A stretch of DNA of 64,000 nucleotides from an uncultured Rikenellaceae bacterium. GTDB lineage: Bacteria > Bacteroidota > Bacteroidia > Bacteroidales > VadinHA17. The notes below the pieces were generated by a model. It saw only the letters and a list, made by a program, of their open reading frames with translations, searched no databases and was not told the DNA's origin. The stretch is taken from the NCBI GenBank assembly GCA_964640125.1, contig CAZXGG010000009.1, positions 6,398 to 70,397 of the forward strand, written 5' to 3'. Below, in pieces: positions 26,847 to 37,156 of the stretch (position 1 is the first letter of the stretch; each line of letters starts with the position of its first letter). The translations under genes and the position numbers were made by a program.

Positions 26847-26865
26847 TTTTTGTTGTCAACAAAAA
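26847..26865. promoter_or_regulatory. Perfect 9-1-9 palindrome 17 nt upstream of the antiporter start codon
   Basis: The sequence is tttttgttg-t-caacaaaaa. Its half-site tcaacaaaa (26856-26864) also occurs exactly 100 bp upstream (26756-26764). Confidence 0.4.
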
Positions 26866-26881
26866 ACCGGATAGCTGAGAT

Positions 26882-28297
26882 ATGTTTATAGCGATGGTTG
26901 TGGTTTTTATTCTGGGGTATACAGCTATTGCCCTGGAACATCCACTCAAAATTGACAAGGCTGCATCTGCCCTGCTTACCGGAGTAATTCTCTGGGTTCT
27001 ATACATCGTTGGAGCAGGCAATATTCTTCCAGGAAGTGATTCTTTCCGGGAATTCCTGGAACAGAATGCAGATGTTGCCGGCATGAGCTCATTTCACCAG
27101 TACATCGAGTTTATCACTGAACATGAGGTAATTCACCACCTGGGGGAAATATCAGAAATTCTGTTCTTCCTCCTGGGAGCCATGACGATTGTTGAAATTA
27201 TTGATACCCACGAAGGATTCCGGATCATCACCGATAAAATCAGAACTACCAACCGGGTTAAACTCTTGTGGATCCTGAGCCTGATCACATTCTTTATGTC
27301 TGCTGCACTGGATAACCTGACTACAACCATTGTCATGGTTGCCCTGTTGAGAAAGCTTATAGGAGATAAGAAAGACCGTTGGTTTTTTGCCAGTATGGTG
27401 GTTCTGGCAGCCAATGCCGGTGGAGCCTGGTCTCCGATCGGTGATGTAACAACCATTATGTTATGGGTTGGGGGACAGGTCACAACCATAAGCATTATTC
27501 TGAGAGTGTTTTTACCCAGTTTAGCAACGTTGATAGTGCCGCTGATTATTGTCTCCTTTATTATGGGAGGTACGGTCCAACGACCCGTTTCAAAGGTTGT
27601 CGGCACAACAACAAAGGAAGAGACCACTAAATTCGAACGGACATTCATATTCTTCCTTGGAGTCGGTTCATTGCTGTTTGTACCGGTTTTTAAAACACTG
27701 ACACACCTTCCTCCCTATATGGGAATGTTACTGGGCCTGGGTAATATGTGGGTCATAACAGAGATCATGCATCAGAGCTCGACGCTTGAAAAACGGTCAA
27801 AACTTACGGTGGTGAATATTTTACGAAAGGTGGATGTTCCAACCATTTTCTTCTTCCTCGGTATCCTTTCTGCCGTTGCCAGTCTTCAATCCGCCGGACA
27901 CCTGAAGATTTTGGCCGGTTTCCTGGATGATAAACTGCACAATGTCTTTCTCATTGACATAGCAATTGGAATTCTTTCCGCCATCGTTGACAATGTGCCC
28001 CTTGTTGCCGGTGCCATGGGCATGTATCCTGTCCACACCTTTGGCTTCATTAACCTGATGACTGATCCGGCAGCTCAGGAATATGCCCGCTTTTTTGTAC
28101 AGGACGGTGTTTTCTGGGAGTTCCTGGCGTATTGTGCCGGGACTGGCGGCAGTATTCTGATCATCGGTTCTGCTGCAGGTGTCGCTGCAATGGGAATGGA
28201 AAAGATAGATTTTATCTGGTACCTGAAGCGGATCTCCCTGCTGGCACTTCTTGGCTATCTTGCAGGAGCCGGTGTTTATTATATCATGTTCGCATAA
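26882..28297 (+). CDS. NhaD/ArsB-superfamily Na+/H+ antiporter-like transporter
   Basis: 471 aa with about 12 TM helices. The pattern AALDNLTTTIVMVAL...ANAGGAWSPIGDVTTIMLW...SAIVDNVPLVAGAMGMYP is typical of NhaD-type antiporters. Confidence 0.7.
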   Translation: MFIAMVVVFILGYTAIALEHPLKIDKAASALLTGVILWVLYIVGAGNILPGSDSFREFLEQNADVAGMSSFHQYIEFITEHEVIHHLGEISEILFFLLGAMTIVEIIDTHEGFRIITDKIRTTNRVKLLWILSLITFFMSAALDNLTTTIVMVALLRKLIGDKKDRWFFASMVVLAANAGGAWSPIGDVTTIMLWVGGQVTTISIILRVFLPSLATLIVPLIIVSFIMGGTVQRPVSKVVGTTTKEETTKFERTFIFFLGVGSLLFVPVFKTLTHLPPYMGMLLGLGNMWVITEIMHQSSTLEKRSKLTVVNILRKVDVPTIFFFLGILSAVASLQSAGHLKILAGFLDDKLHNVFLIDIAIGILSAIVDNVPLVAGAMGMYPVHTFGFINLMTDPAAQEYARFFVQDGVFWEFLAYCAGTGGSILIIGSAAGVAAMGMEKIDFIWYLKRISLLALLGYLAGAGVYYIMFA

Positions 28298-28384
28298 TAA
28301 TGTTGCCGATCTGCTAAAAGAGAATATACTAAACGGATATTGATCCCGTTTTTTTTATAACTTCGCATAACCAAATATTCAGAA

Positions 28385-29083
28385 ATGAGTAATTTATTTC
28401 TTTTCCCTCAGATTAATTTATCCGATACGGTCTCCGCCACCGTTGAAGAGGCACAGGAAATCACACTCTCTTACTGGGATCTTGCCTTTAAGGGAGGATG
28501 GGTTATGGTGCCCATTGTCCTTTTATCTATCATCGCGGTATATATTTTCGTGGAACGGTTTTTTGTCATCCGTAAAGTTTCGGGTGAAGATCTCCATTTT
28601 ATGAACAGAATCAAGGATTATATTCATGATGGCAAGGTGGAATCTGCATTAACTCTATGCGAATCAACCAGCAATCCCGTGGCACGCATGATTGAAAAAG
28701 GGATCAAAAGAATAGGCAGACCCCTGAATGATGTCAGTGCAGCCATTGAGAATGTAGGTAAACTGGAAATTTACAAGCTTGAGAGGGGATTGCCTACACT
28801 GGCTACGGTTGCAGGTGCCGCCCCAATGATCGGATTCCTTGGAACAGTCATTGGAATGATCCGTGCTTTTTATGATATGTCAACTGCAGGCAGTAACATC
28901 GATGTTTCTACCCTTTCAAATGGTATCTATACGGCGCTTGTTACTACTGTCGCCGGTTTGATCGTAGGCATCATTGCCTATTTTGCATACAACATTCTTG
29001 TTGCACGCGTAGAAAAGGTGGTGAACCAGTTGGAAGCCAAGGCGACTGAATTCATGGACCTGCTGAATGAGCCGGTAAGCTGA
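28385..29083 (+). CDS. exbB: MotA/TolQ/ExbB proton channel protein
   Basis: 232 aa with 3 TM helices. The motif LATVAGAAPMIGFLGTVIGMIRAF is present. Confidence 0.85.
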   Translation: MSNLFLFPQINLSDTVSATVEEAQEITLSYWDLAFKGGWVMVPIVLLSIIAVYIFVERFFVIRKVSGEDLHFMNRIKDYIHDGKVESALTLCESTSNPVARMIEKGIKRIGRPLNDVSAAIENVGKLEIYKLERGLPTLATVAGAAPMIGFLGTVIGMIRAFYDMSTAGSNIDVSTLSNGIYTALVTTVAGLIVGIIAYFAYNILVARVEKVVNQLEAKATEFMDLLNEPVS

Positions 29084-29148
29084 GGAATGCCGGTTAATCA
29101 GACCTGCTACTCAGTCATGAATGTTACATTAACCTGATAAACAGAACC

Positions 29149-29541
29149 ATGGCATTGAAAACCAGAAATAAGGTCAGCTTTACCTTCAGCCTTCCCGGTA
29201 TGGCAGATATTATTTTCCTTCTGCTGATCTTTTTTATGATCACCTCCACACTGATCCATCCAACTGCCCTGAAGCTTCTGCTGCCACAAAGCAGTTATCA
29301 AACCTCAGCGAAACCCCTTACAACGGTTTCCATTACGCGTGATTTACAGTTTTATGTTGAAAACGTACCCGTAGATGTGAATGATTTGGAACGGGTTTTG
29401 CAGGAAAGAATTGGAGGGAATACAGATATTTATATATCGCTGCATGCCGAACGGAGTGTTCCCATTGAGCATGTTGTTAAGGTAATGAATATTGCAAAAA
29501 AGAACCAATTCAAACTAATTCTGGCTACCAGCCCCAGATAA
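29149..29541 (+). CDS. exbD: Biopolymer transporter ExbD/TolR
   Basis: 130 aa. The motif MADIIFLLLIFFMITST and a periplasmic domain are present. Confidence 0.85.
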   Translation: MALKTRNKVSFTFSLPGMADIIFLLLIFFMITSTLIHPTALKLLLPQSSYQTSAKPLTTVSITRDLQFYVENVPVDVNDLERVLQERIGGNTDIYISLHAERSVPIEHVVKVMNIAKKNQFKLILATSPR

Positions 29542-29543
29542 CA

Positions 29544-30455
29544 ATGAAAAAGTTTTTCATTGAACACCGGAAGGGACTTTTCGGAACAATTGTGTTCCAC
29601 ATTATTCTGGCAGTTGTCTTCATTATTTTTGGATTTGCCACACCACTGCCTTTGCCTGAGGAGGAAGGGATATTGATCAACTTTGGAGTGGATGATGACG
29701 GATCCGGCTTAATTGAACCGTCAGCAGCTGCCCAACCACCGCTGGAAACTATTTCGGTCCCGGAAGCCAGTTCGGCAGAGGATGCCGCATCTGAATCTGC
29801 CGAAGAGGATATCCTTACCCAGGACCTGGAAGAGGCTCCCGAGGTTCAGGCTGCCCCTGAAAAAGATCCGGAAGCTGAAAGAATAGAACGGGAAGCACGT
29901 GAAGCCGAGCAGAAACGATTAGACGAACTCGAACGGCAACGTCAGGAGGAACTCGAAAGACAGCGACAGGAAGAGCTGGAAAGACAGAGACAGGAGGAGG
30001 AACAACGACGAATTAACGAAATCCAGGACAGGACAAGGAATGCGTTGGAGAGTGCACGAAATAATGAAGAGAATACCAGTAAAAGTGAGGGGGAAACAAC
30101 AGGAACAGGAAACCAGGGCCGTGAAGATGGAGCCGTTGATGCAACAAGCCATACGGGTGGTCCCGGTGGACTGGGGGATGAAGGGATCTCGTTCAGCCTG
30201 GAGGGAAGAACCCCGCAATCACTTCCTCCACCCGAATACAACTACCAGGTGGAAGGCATTGTCGTTGTGGAAGTTACCGTTGATCGAAACGGCAATGTAA
30301 CCGCGGCTAATCCCGGAGTGAAAGGCTCATCTACCTTAAATGAACATTTGATGGCTGCCGCCAAAAAAGCGGCCCTGGCAGCAAAATTCTACCGCAAACC
30401 GGATGCCCCGGCTTTTCAAAAAGGAACAATCACCTACCACTTTATGCTGCAATAG
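29544..30455 (+). CDS. tonB: Energy transducer TonB-like protein with acidic and ER-rich linker
   Basis: It has an N-terminal TM (GTIVFHIILAVVFIIFGF), an acidic linker and (ELERQRQE)x3. The C-terminal TonB_C-like fold reads VEGIVVVEVTVDRNGNVTAANP...QKGTITYHF. Confidence 0.8.
   Translation: MKKFFIEHRKGLFGTIVFHIILAVVFIIFGFATPLPLPEEEGILINFGVDDDGSGLIEPSAAAQPPLETISVPEASSAEDAASESAEEDILTQDLEEAPEVQAAPEKDPEAERIEREAREAEQKRLDELERQRQEELERQRQEELERQRQEEEQRRINEIQDRTRNALESARNNEENTSKSEGETTGTGNQGREDGAVDATSHTGGPGGLGDEGISFSLEGRTPQSLPPPEYNYQVEGIVVVEVTVDRNGNVTAANPGVKGSSTLNEHLMAAAKKAALAAKFYRKPDAPAFQKGTITYHFMLQ
29925..29996 (+). repeat. Three tandem 24-nt units encoding ELERQRQE inside tonB
   Basis: The units are gaactcgaacggcaacgtcaggag, gaactcgaaagacagcgacaggaa and gagctggaaagacagagacaggag. 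Confidence 0.9.
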
Positions 30456-30471
30456 AAAAAGCAGTAATGCA

Positions 30472-30494
30472 GGAAAGTTTAACAAAACTTTTCC
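30472..30494 (+). terminator. Possible terminator hairpin after tonB
   Basis: ggaaagttt-aaca-aaacttttcc forms 9 bp with a one-nucleotide bulge, followed by ttcatttg. Confidence 0.4.
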
Positions 30495-30588
30495 TTCATT
30501 TGAATCACACTGACCGCAAAAGAATGGTGATTTCTTGTATTTTTTTCCTAATTTTCGTGAACTTTAGGCTACTTATTTATTTACACTA

Positions 30589-31923
30589 TTGACTTCAATA
30601 ATTCGCATCAACAGATTCATTCAGGGAACCATGCTGTTCATGATCATATCAGGATGTGTTACCCGTACTCCATATAATGAAAAATACGTTTCAGATAACA
30701 TTGAAAAGAGGTCCGGGGTTGGTCTTCCGGCTGAATTTTCTGATTCTATCAGTTTCCCTCCAGGTGTTTTGTTTGAAGATAGCTTAACAGAGAAAGAATC
30801 CGTAGCCATAGCGCTATGGAATAATCCTCAGCTTCAGGTCGATCTGGCTGACCTGGGCTTTGCCCGTGCCGATCTGATCGAAGCAGGCATGCTCAACAAC
30901 CCTGCTTTTTCTCTGCTTTTCCCCCTCGGACCAAAACAGCTGGAATTTACACTTTCTTATGCTATCGACATTCTCTGGCAACGACCCTACAGAGTCGCAT
31001 CTGCCAAACTGAATAGTGAAAAAGTCGCCGAAAACCTGGTTCAGAATGGTCTTGCACTGGTACGAGACGTATATATTTCATTTGCGAATCTGAACAAGAC
31101 CCAGGAGCAACTCAAAATACTGGAAGATGAAGTGAGCCTGGATATTGAAATCGCTGAAATTGCTTCTGCAAGACGTCTGATAGGAGACATCAGTGAATTG
31201 GAAGAAACTGCATTTTATCTGGCAACTTCACGGACAAGAGAAAACGTATTGCAGGCCCGCCGGGATAAGGAAATACAAAAGATCCGGTTTTTAACACTCC
31301 TTGGATTAATATCTGAACGGACGGATATAGAGATTGCTCCAAGCCCTTTCCAGTTATCGGAAATGCCCGAACCTGAAGAGATTATTAAAACTGCACTTGC
31401 CTGCCGTCCCGATATCAGGGCAGCTGAACTTGAAATCGAAATAGCCGGAAAACAGCTTGGATGGGAAAAATCAAAGATTTTTAACCTGACTGCCATGCTG
31501 GATGCCAACGCAGAGGGAAAAGAAGGCTTTGAAATGGGACCGGGTGGGCAAATAACAATTCCATTGTTTTATTTCAACCAGGGAGGCACAGAAAGAGCCC
31601 GGACTGAGATTGAACGGGCAGCAAATAATTACCTTGCCATACAACAGTCCATTCGAAAAGAAATTCTTGAAGCATACCAGGGTTATCTGGCAGCCCGCTC
31701 AACTTATGAAATGCTCCATAATGAAATCTTAACCAAAGCAAAAAGTGCTGTTGATAATGGGGAATTGGCATACCTTTCAGGAGAGATCTCATACCTGGAA
31801 TTCCTGGAATATAAGAGGCAATTCATGAATGCCCGTTTAAGATTCATTGCAGCTGAAGCAGAAACAAGCATAAATATGGCGAACCTGTATTATAGTGTTG
31901 GCTGGAAAACGATACCTTTTTAG
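30589..31923 (+). CDS. TolC-family outer membrane efflux protein (CzcC/CusC-like)
   Basis: 444 aa from TTG 30589; the alternative start is ATG 30631. It has a lipobox-like ISGC and two repeats of the outer-membrane-efflux helical pattern. It is the first gene of the RND operon. Confidence 0.8.
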   Translation: MTSIIRINRFIQGTMLFMIISGCVTRTPYNEKYVSDNIEKRSGVGLPAEFSDSISFPPGVLFEDSLTEKESVAIALWNNPQLQVDLADLGFARADLIEAGMLNNPAFSLLFPLGPKQLEFTLSYAIDILWQRPYRVASAKLNSEKVAENLVQNGLALVRDVYISFANLNKTQEQLKILEDEVSLDIEIAEIASARRLIGDISELEETAFYLATSRTRENVLQARRDKEIQKIRFLTLLGLISERTDIEIAPSPFQLSEMPEPEEIIKTALACRPDIRAAELEIEIAGKQLGWEKSKIFNLTAMLDANAEGKEGFEMGPGGQITIPLFYFNQGGTERARTEIERAANNYLAIQQSIRKEILEAYQGYLAARSTYEMLHNEILTKAKSAVDNGELAYLSGEISYLEFLEYKRQFMNARLRFIAAEAETSINMANLYYSVGWKTIPF

Positions 31924-31944
31924 AAGACATAACAATACAAGAAA

Positions 31945-33159
31945 ATGGATCTAAGATTTGAATTACAACCATGGATACTCCGGTACCTTTCCCTGGTACT
32001 CATTTTCAGTTTTAATGGTTGTAGCAACAGGAATCCTGAAGGGGAAACCGCACAAAAACCCGCAGTGGTAATAAACCAGGTGAAGGAGAATACCCTGACG
32101 GAGGTGCGCCTGACACCTGAAGCCGAAATTCGGCTTGGCATTGAAACAAGACCGGTGGAATTAAAAAATATGCCAAAAACACTTACGGTTGGTGGAGAAA
32201 TCATGTCCCCTCCCGGCCAGGATGTTAAAGTCACTTCACCTGTTGCCGGTATTGTCATAGGAGCGCAAAGCGGTTATTTCCCTGTTGCGGGATCATTCGT
32301 CAAAAACGGGCAGGAAGTGATGCGTCTGATCCTGATTCCACCGGAAATGGATATCATCAGTGCACAGGAGGAAGTAAGGGTAAAACAAATGGAATACGAT
32401 GTAGTCCTGGCTGAAGCAGAGCGGGCTGAACATCTCCTCACCACCAAAGCGATCAGTGAAAAGGCGTTTGAAGCAACACGGGCTCGTCTGGCCAGATCAG
32501 AAGCATCACTCACTGCAGCCAGAGGGCGGTTAAACCTTTATCAGGGAAGGGATCTCGATTCTGTTGCAATGGCTCTTTCAACGTATCATGTTGAATCCCC
32601 TGTAAATGGTGTTATCCAGAATATGTTTGTTACACGGGGCCAAACCATTAGTGCATCCTATGTCATGTTCGAAGTTACACCCATGGATCGTTTCTGGATT
32701 CGTGTTCCTGTTTATTCCGGGGATGTTCTGAATGTCGACCGCAACCGGAAAGCTTCCATTTCAGCAATGGGAAAGGATGACGAAGCAGGGCTCATTCATG
32801 CCAATCCAATTCATGGGCCCATGCGCAGTGATGCAGGCAGTGCTTCATCTGATCTTTACTATGAAGTTGACAATAAGGGGGGTCTTTTCAGGGCTGGCCA
32901 GAAAGTGAGTGTAACCCTCACCTTGAAATCAGCAGAAGAAAGCCTGGTAGTACCCTATTCTTCAATAATATACGATATGTATGGCGGGAGTTGGGTCTAT
33001 GTGAAATCGGATTTGCAGTTATATACCCGCACAAGAGTTGAACTCAGTCATGTTTCCGATACACTGGCGGTATTGACACGGGGAGTTCAACCAGGTGATG
33101 AGGTTGTATGTACCGGTGTTGCCGAGCTTTACGGAACAGAATTTGGAGGAGGAAAATAA
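31945..33159 (+). CDS. Efflux RND periplasmic adaptor (membrane fusion) subunit
   Basis: 404 aa with lipobox FNGC. It has lipoyl, hairpin and beta-barrel segments (VTSPVAGIV..., [16 protein letters not shown]). Its stop overlaps the next start (TAATG). Confidence 0.85.
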   Translation: MDLRFELQPWILRYLSLVLIFSFNGCSNRNPEGETAQKPAVVINQVKENTLTEVRLTPEAEIRLGIETRPVELKNMPKTLTVGGEIMSPPGQDVKVTSPVAGIVIGAQSGYFPVAGSFVKNGQEVMRLILIPPEMDIISAQEEVRVKQMEYDVVLAEAERAEHLLTTKAISEKAFEATRARLARSEASLTAARGRLNLYQGRDLDSVAMALSTYHVESPVNGVIQNMFVTRGQTISASYVMFEVTPMDRFWIRVPVYSGDVLNVDRNRKASISAMGKDDEAGLIHANPIHGPMRSDAGSASSDLYYEVDNKGGLFRAGQKVSVTLTLKSAEESLVVPYSSIIYDMYGGSWVYVKSDLQLYTRTRVELSHVSDTLAVLTRGVQPGDEVVCTGVAELYGTEFGGGK

Positions 33160-36100
33160 TGAGGTGGCTCATATCAACTGCATTGCGTTTACGGGTAGCT
33201 ATCGTAATCCTGATGGTTATCCTTCTGGTTGCCGGTACCCGGATCGTGAGCCGCACGCATTTTGATGTTTTTCCTGAGTTTGCCCCTCCCCTGGTTGAGA
33301 TACAAACAGAAGCACCCGGATTATCCACCGCAGAAGTGGAAATACTGGTTACCGTGCCGATTGAAAATGCCATGAACGGAGTTTCCTGGCTGAAGCTCAT
33401 CCGTTCAAAATCTGTTCTCGGGTTATCGTCCGTTGTACTCTATTTTGAAAATGGGACCGACCTCATGCAAGCCCGTCAAATGGTTCAGGAACGACTTACC
33501 GTTATCTCCGGCAAACTTCCGGGTGTTGCAAAACCACCGGTCATGCTATCACCCCTTTCATCAACCAGCCGGGTTCTGAAAATCGGGATTACATCAGACT
33601 CTCTATCTCAAATGGAAATGACAACTCTTGCTAAATGGACTATCCGTCCACGATTGATGGCAATTCCAGGTGTGGCAAATGTAGCAATCTGGGGGCAGAG
33701 AGACCGGCAGATACAGGTATTGATCAATCCCAACCACCTGCAAACTCACGGTGTTACGACCAGCGAAGTTGTGACGGCAGTACAAAAGGCAGCTGAAATA
33801 GGCGGTGGAGGTTTCATGGATACTCCCAACCAGAGACTGGCCATATCTTTTGTTTCCACGGTAAAATCTCCCGAAGACCTGTTTAATGTGCCTGTAGCCG
33901 TGCGCAATGGAGTTCCCATAAAACTGGGTGACCTGGCTGAGATTGTGGAGGGTTTTCCTCCTCCTATTGGCGATGCGATCGTAAATGACCAACCCGGACT
34001 TTTACTCATTGTTGAAAAACAACCCTGGGGGAATACACTTGAAGTAACCCGTCAGATAGAAGAAACACTGGATGCCTTAAAACCCGGCCTGAAGGATATT
34101 GAAATTGATTCAACAATCTTTCGTCCGGCCACATTCATTGAGATGTCGCTCCGAAACCTGAACCGTGCCTTATTGATCGGTTGTATCCTTGTGATTGCTG
34201 TACTGGCATTCTCACTGAATGATTGGAGAACAGCCCTGATCAGTGTTCTTGCCATTCCTGCATCACTAATTACTGCAGCTCTGATATTAAACTACCAGGG
34301 TGGCACAATCAATACTATGGTTCTGGCAGGTCTTATCATTGCCCTTGGCGAACTGGTGGATGATGCCATTATAGATGTAGAGAATATCATGCGGCGGCTG
34401 AGGCAAAACAGGGAAGCTGGTCATCCCGACTCAGCGTTCAAGGTCGTACTGAATGCATCTCTCGAAGTAAGAAGTGCTGTAGTCTATGGAAGCCTTATCG
34501 TAGCACTGGTACTGATGCCTGTATTTTTCCTTACCGGATTGGCAGGGTCCTTTTTTCGGCCACTTGCTTTTTCCTACATTCTTGCCATCATGTCTTCCCT
34601 CATGGTTGCATTAATTCTGACTCCAGCCCTTTCGCTGATTCTGCTCCCCAGGGCTTCCGAAAAAAAAGAGACAACAGTTATGATACGGCTAAAATCCTGG
34701 TATGAAAAACTGTTATCCCGTATCGTGCGGTATCCAAAGCGGCTGTTTATCATCATCAGCGTTGTACTGCTGGCATCACTGGTTTCTCTTCCATTTCTCG
34801 GGGAGGAATTTCTTCCCGATTTTAAAGAATACGATTTCCTTATGCACTGGGTAGAGAAACCCGGTACTTCCATCGAGGCTATGGATCGGATCACCATCCG
34901 GGTAAGCAAGGAATTGCGGTCCATACCCGGTGTGAGGAATTTCGGTGCACATATCGGCCGGGCAGAAATTGCAGATGAGGTGGTCGGTCCAAATTTTACT
35001 GAACTCTGGATTAGCCTCGACCCGGATGTTAAATACAGTAAAACGGTAAATAAAATACAGGAAGTTGTGAATGGATACCCCGGTCTTTACCGTGATCTGT
35101 TAACCTATCTTCGTGAACGGATCAAAGAGGTGCTTACCGGATCAAGTGCAACCCTGGTAATCCGGATATATGGAGATGATCTGGAAATAATACGAAATAA
35201 ATCCGAAGAGGTAAGAGATGCCATCATGGATATTCCCGGCGTAGTCGATCTTAAAGTGCAACCTCAGGATATGGTGCCCCAGATTGAAGTCAGGATTAAA
35301 CCCGAAAAAGCATTACAATATGGCCTGACAGCCGGAAACGTCAGGGAAGCAGTAAACATCTATCAGAAAGGGATCAAGGTTGGTGAATTTTTTGAAAACC
35401 AGAATATTTTTGATGTTACTGTCTGGGGAGTACCGGAGGTTCGGTCCAATATCAATGCCCTTCAAACACTTATGCTGGATATTCCCACAGGAGGACTTGT
35501 CCCACTGAACGAAGTGGCAGACGTCCTGATTTTACCGGTACCCAATCAGATCACCCGCGAATTCGCTTCAAGGTATACAGAGGTAACATGCAATGTAAAA
35601 GGCCGTGACCTCAGCAAAGTAGCGGGTGATATAGAATCCCGGTTGGAAAAAGTTCCATTTGACCGGGGTTATCATCCTGAACTTCTGGGAGAGTATGCGG
35701 CTCAGCAGGAGGCTAAAAACCGCATCCTGGCGCTCTCACTCCTGGTACTCATTGGGATATTTATAATACTCCTCTCAGATTTTGGATCCGCCCGTCTGGC
35801 AATCCTGGTATTTGTAGGTTTACCCTTTGCCCTGACCGGTGGGGTAATTTCAGCTATCCTAAGTGGAGCGGTTCTCTCCCTGGGTTCATTGATCGGGTTT
35901 ATAACTGTTTTAGGTATAGCAGCCAGGAACAGCATTATGCTGATCAGCCATTACCGTCACCTGGAGCTTTATGAAGGGGAAGAATTTGGGCTTCCTCTCG
36001 TTATTCGGGGTGCCAGGGAACGTCTGATGCCAATCCTGCTGACAGCAATAACAACTGCACTCGCACTGCTTGCAATCGTTGTTGGAGGGAATCGTCCCGG

Positions 36101-36230
36101 ACAGGAAATTGAATACCCAATGGCACTGGTTATTTTAGGCGGATTAATCACTTCCGCTTTGCTCAATCTGTTAGTCATGCCAATCATCTACTGGAAATTT
36201 GGCCGTGTTTCAGTCAAAGAGGAAAATTAA
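33159..36230 (+). CDS. CusA/CzcA-family heavy-metal efflux RND permease
   Basis: The start is moved to ATG 33159 ([20 protein letters not shown]...). The motif [37 protein letters not shown] is typical of HME-RND pumps. It has 12 TM helices and is 1023 aa long. Confidence 0.88.
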   Translation: MRWLISTALRLRVAIVILMVILLVAGTRIVSRTHFDVFPEFAPPLVEIQTEAPGLSTAEVEILVTVPIENAMNGVSWLKLIRSKSVLGLSSVVLYFENGTDLMQARQMVQERLTVISGKLPGVAKPPVMLSPLSSTSRVLKIGITSDSLSQMEMTTLAKWTIRPRLMAIPGVANVAIWGQRDRQIQVLINPNHLQTHGVTTSEVVTAVQKAAEIGGGGFMDTPNQRLAISFVSTVKSPEDLFNVPVAVRNGVPIKLGDLAEIVEGFPPPIGDAIVNDQPGLLLIVEKQPWGNTLEVTRQIEETLDALKPGLKDIEIDSTIFRPATFIEMSLRNLNRALLIGCILVIAVLAFSLNDWRTALISVLAIPASLITAALILNYQGGTINTMVLAGLIIALGELVDDAIIDVENIMRRLRQNREAGHPDSAFKVVLNASLEVRSAVVYGSLIVALVLMPVFFLTGLAGSFFRPLAFSYILAIMSSLMVALILTPALSLILLPRASEKKETTVMIRLKSWYEKLLSRIVRYPKRLFIIISVVLLASLVSLPFLGEEFLPDFKEYDFLMHWVEKPGTSIEAMDRITIRVSKELRSIPGVRNFGAHIGRAEIADEVVGPNFTELWISLDPDVKYSKTVNKIQEVVNGYPGLYRDLLTYLRERIKEVLTGSSATLVIRIYGDDLEIIRNKSEEVRDAIMDIPGVVDLKVQPQDMVPQIEVRIKPEKALQYGLTAGNVREAVNIYQKGIKVGEFFENQNIFDVTVWGVPEVRSNINALQTLMLDIPTGGLVPLNEVADVLILPVPNQITREFASRYTEVTCNVKGRDLSKVAGDIESRLEKVPFDRGYHPELLGEYAAQQEAKNRILALSLLVLIGIFIILLSDFGSARLAILVFVGLPFALTGGVISAILSGAVLSLGSLIGFITVLGIAARNSIMLISHYRHLELYEGEEFGLPLVIRGARERLMPILLTAITTALALLAIVVGGNRPGQEIEYPMALVILGGLITSALLNLLVMPIIYWKFGRVSVKEEN

Positions 36231-36283
36231 CCGGCATGATTCATAAATAATGCGGGTTAATTCCTCCCCCATCCAATTCATCT

Positions 36284-37060
36284 TTACTTAATCCAACTTG
36301 CCAGAAGAGTAAAGAACCCAAGAAGTTTAAGTGAAGAGAAAAAGAGTGCTGCCAGCAGTATAATCCGTACAAACCGGGGACCCCAGCTTACAGCTACTCG
36401 GGTTCCAATGAAGGAGCCCATCATGTTCCCAACAGCCAGAATCAATCCCAATTTGTAATCAACCTGTCCATAGATCATAAAAATGGCAAGTGCAAAGGGA
36501 GTATACAGCAGGATGATGAACAATTTCAGTGCATTGGCTTTGATAAGATCAGCCCCAACCCCCATCACCAATCCTGCCAGCAGGAAAAAACCAACCCCTG
36601 CCTGAATAAATCCGCCATATATTCCGATGAGAAAAAAAATAATGCTATTTACGAGGGTTGGTTTTGTTGAATACCTTCCTTCCTGTCCCTTTATCCATTT
36701 TTCGGGTTTGAAAATGATAATGAAAAACATGAATAATAAAAGACCGGCAATGGTCTTTTCCATGATCTCTTCATTAAAATTAATAGCAATTCCTGCACCC
36801 ACCAGGGAACCGATAATTGCCGGAATAGCAAGCCATAGTCCCTCCTTCAGATCAATGATCTTTTGCTGGCGGAAACTGCCAACCCCAACAACATTCTGAA
36901 GCAATATGGCTATCCGGTTGGTCCCGTTCGCAACATTGGGAGGTAATCCAAGAAACATCAATAACGGCAGGGTCAGTAACGAACCACTTCCGGCGAGTGT
37001 ATTGACAAAACCTGCCACTACACCAACACCTATAACAGCAACATATAAATACCATTCCAT
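36284..37060 (-). CDS. TauE/SafE family sulfite exporter-like membrane protein
   Basis: The start is moved to ATG 37060 (MEWYLYVAVIGVGVVAGFVNTLAGSGSLLTLPLLMFLGLPPNVANGTN...), which is typical TauE. Confidence 0.85.
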   Translation of the reverse strand: MEWYLYVAVIGVGVVAGFVNTLAGSGSLLTLPLLMFLGLPPNVANGTNRIAILLQNVVGVGSFRQQKIIDLKEGLWLAIPAIIGSLVGAGIAINFNEEIMEKTIAGLLLFMFFIIIFKPEKWIKGQEGRYSTKPTLVNSIIFFLIGIYGGFIQAGVGFFLLAGLVMGVGADLIKANALKLFIILLYTPFALAIFMIYGQVDYKLGLILAVGNMMGSFIGTRVAVSWGPRFVRIILLAALFFSSLKLLGFFTLLASWIK

Positions 37061-37156
37061 GATTCGAAAGACTGTTTTACAAAGATCAAAGATGCACGAT
37101 TTTATCGAGAATCGGATAGGGCATTCCCCATAATCCACTCTTGGTGATCAGTATAA

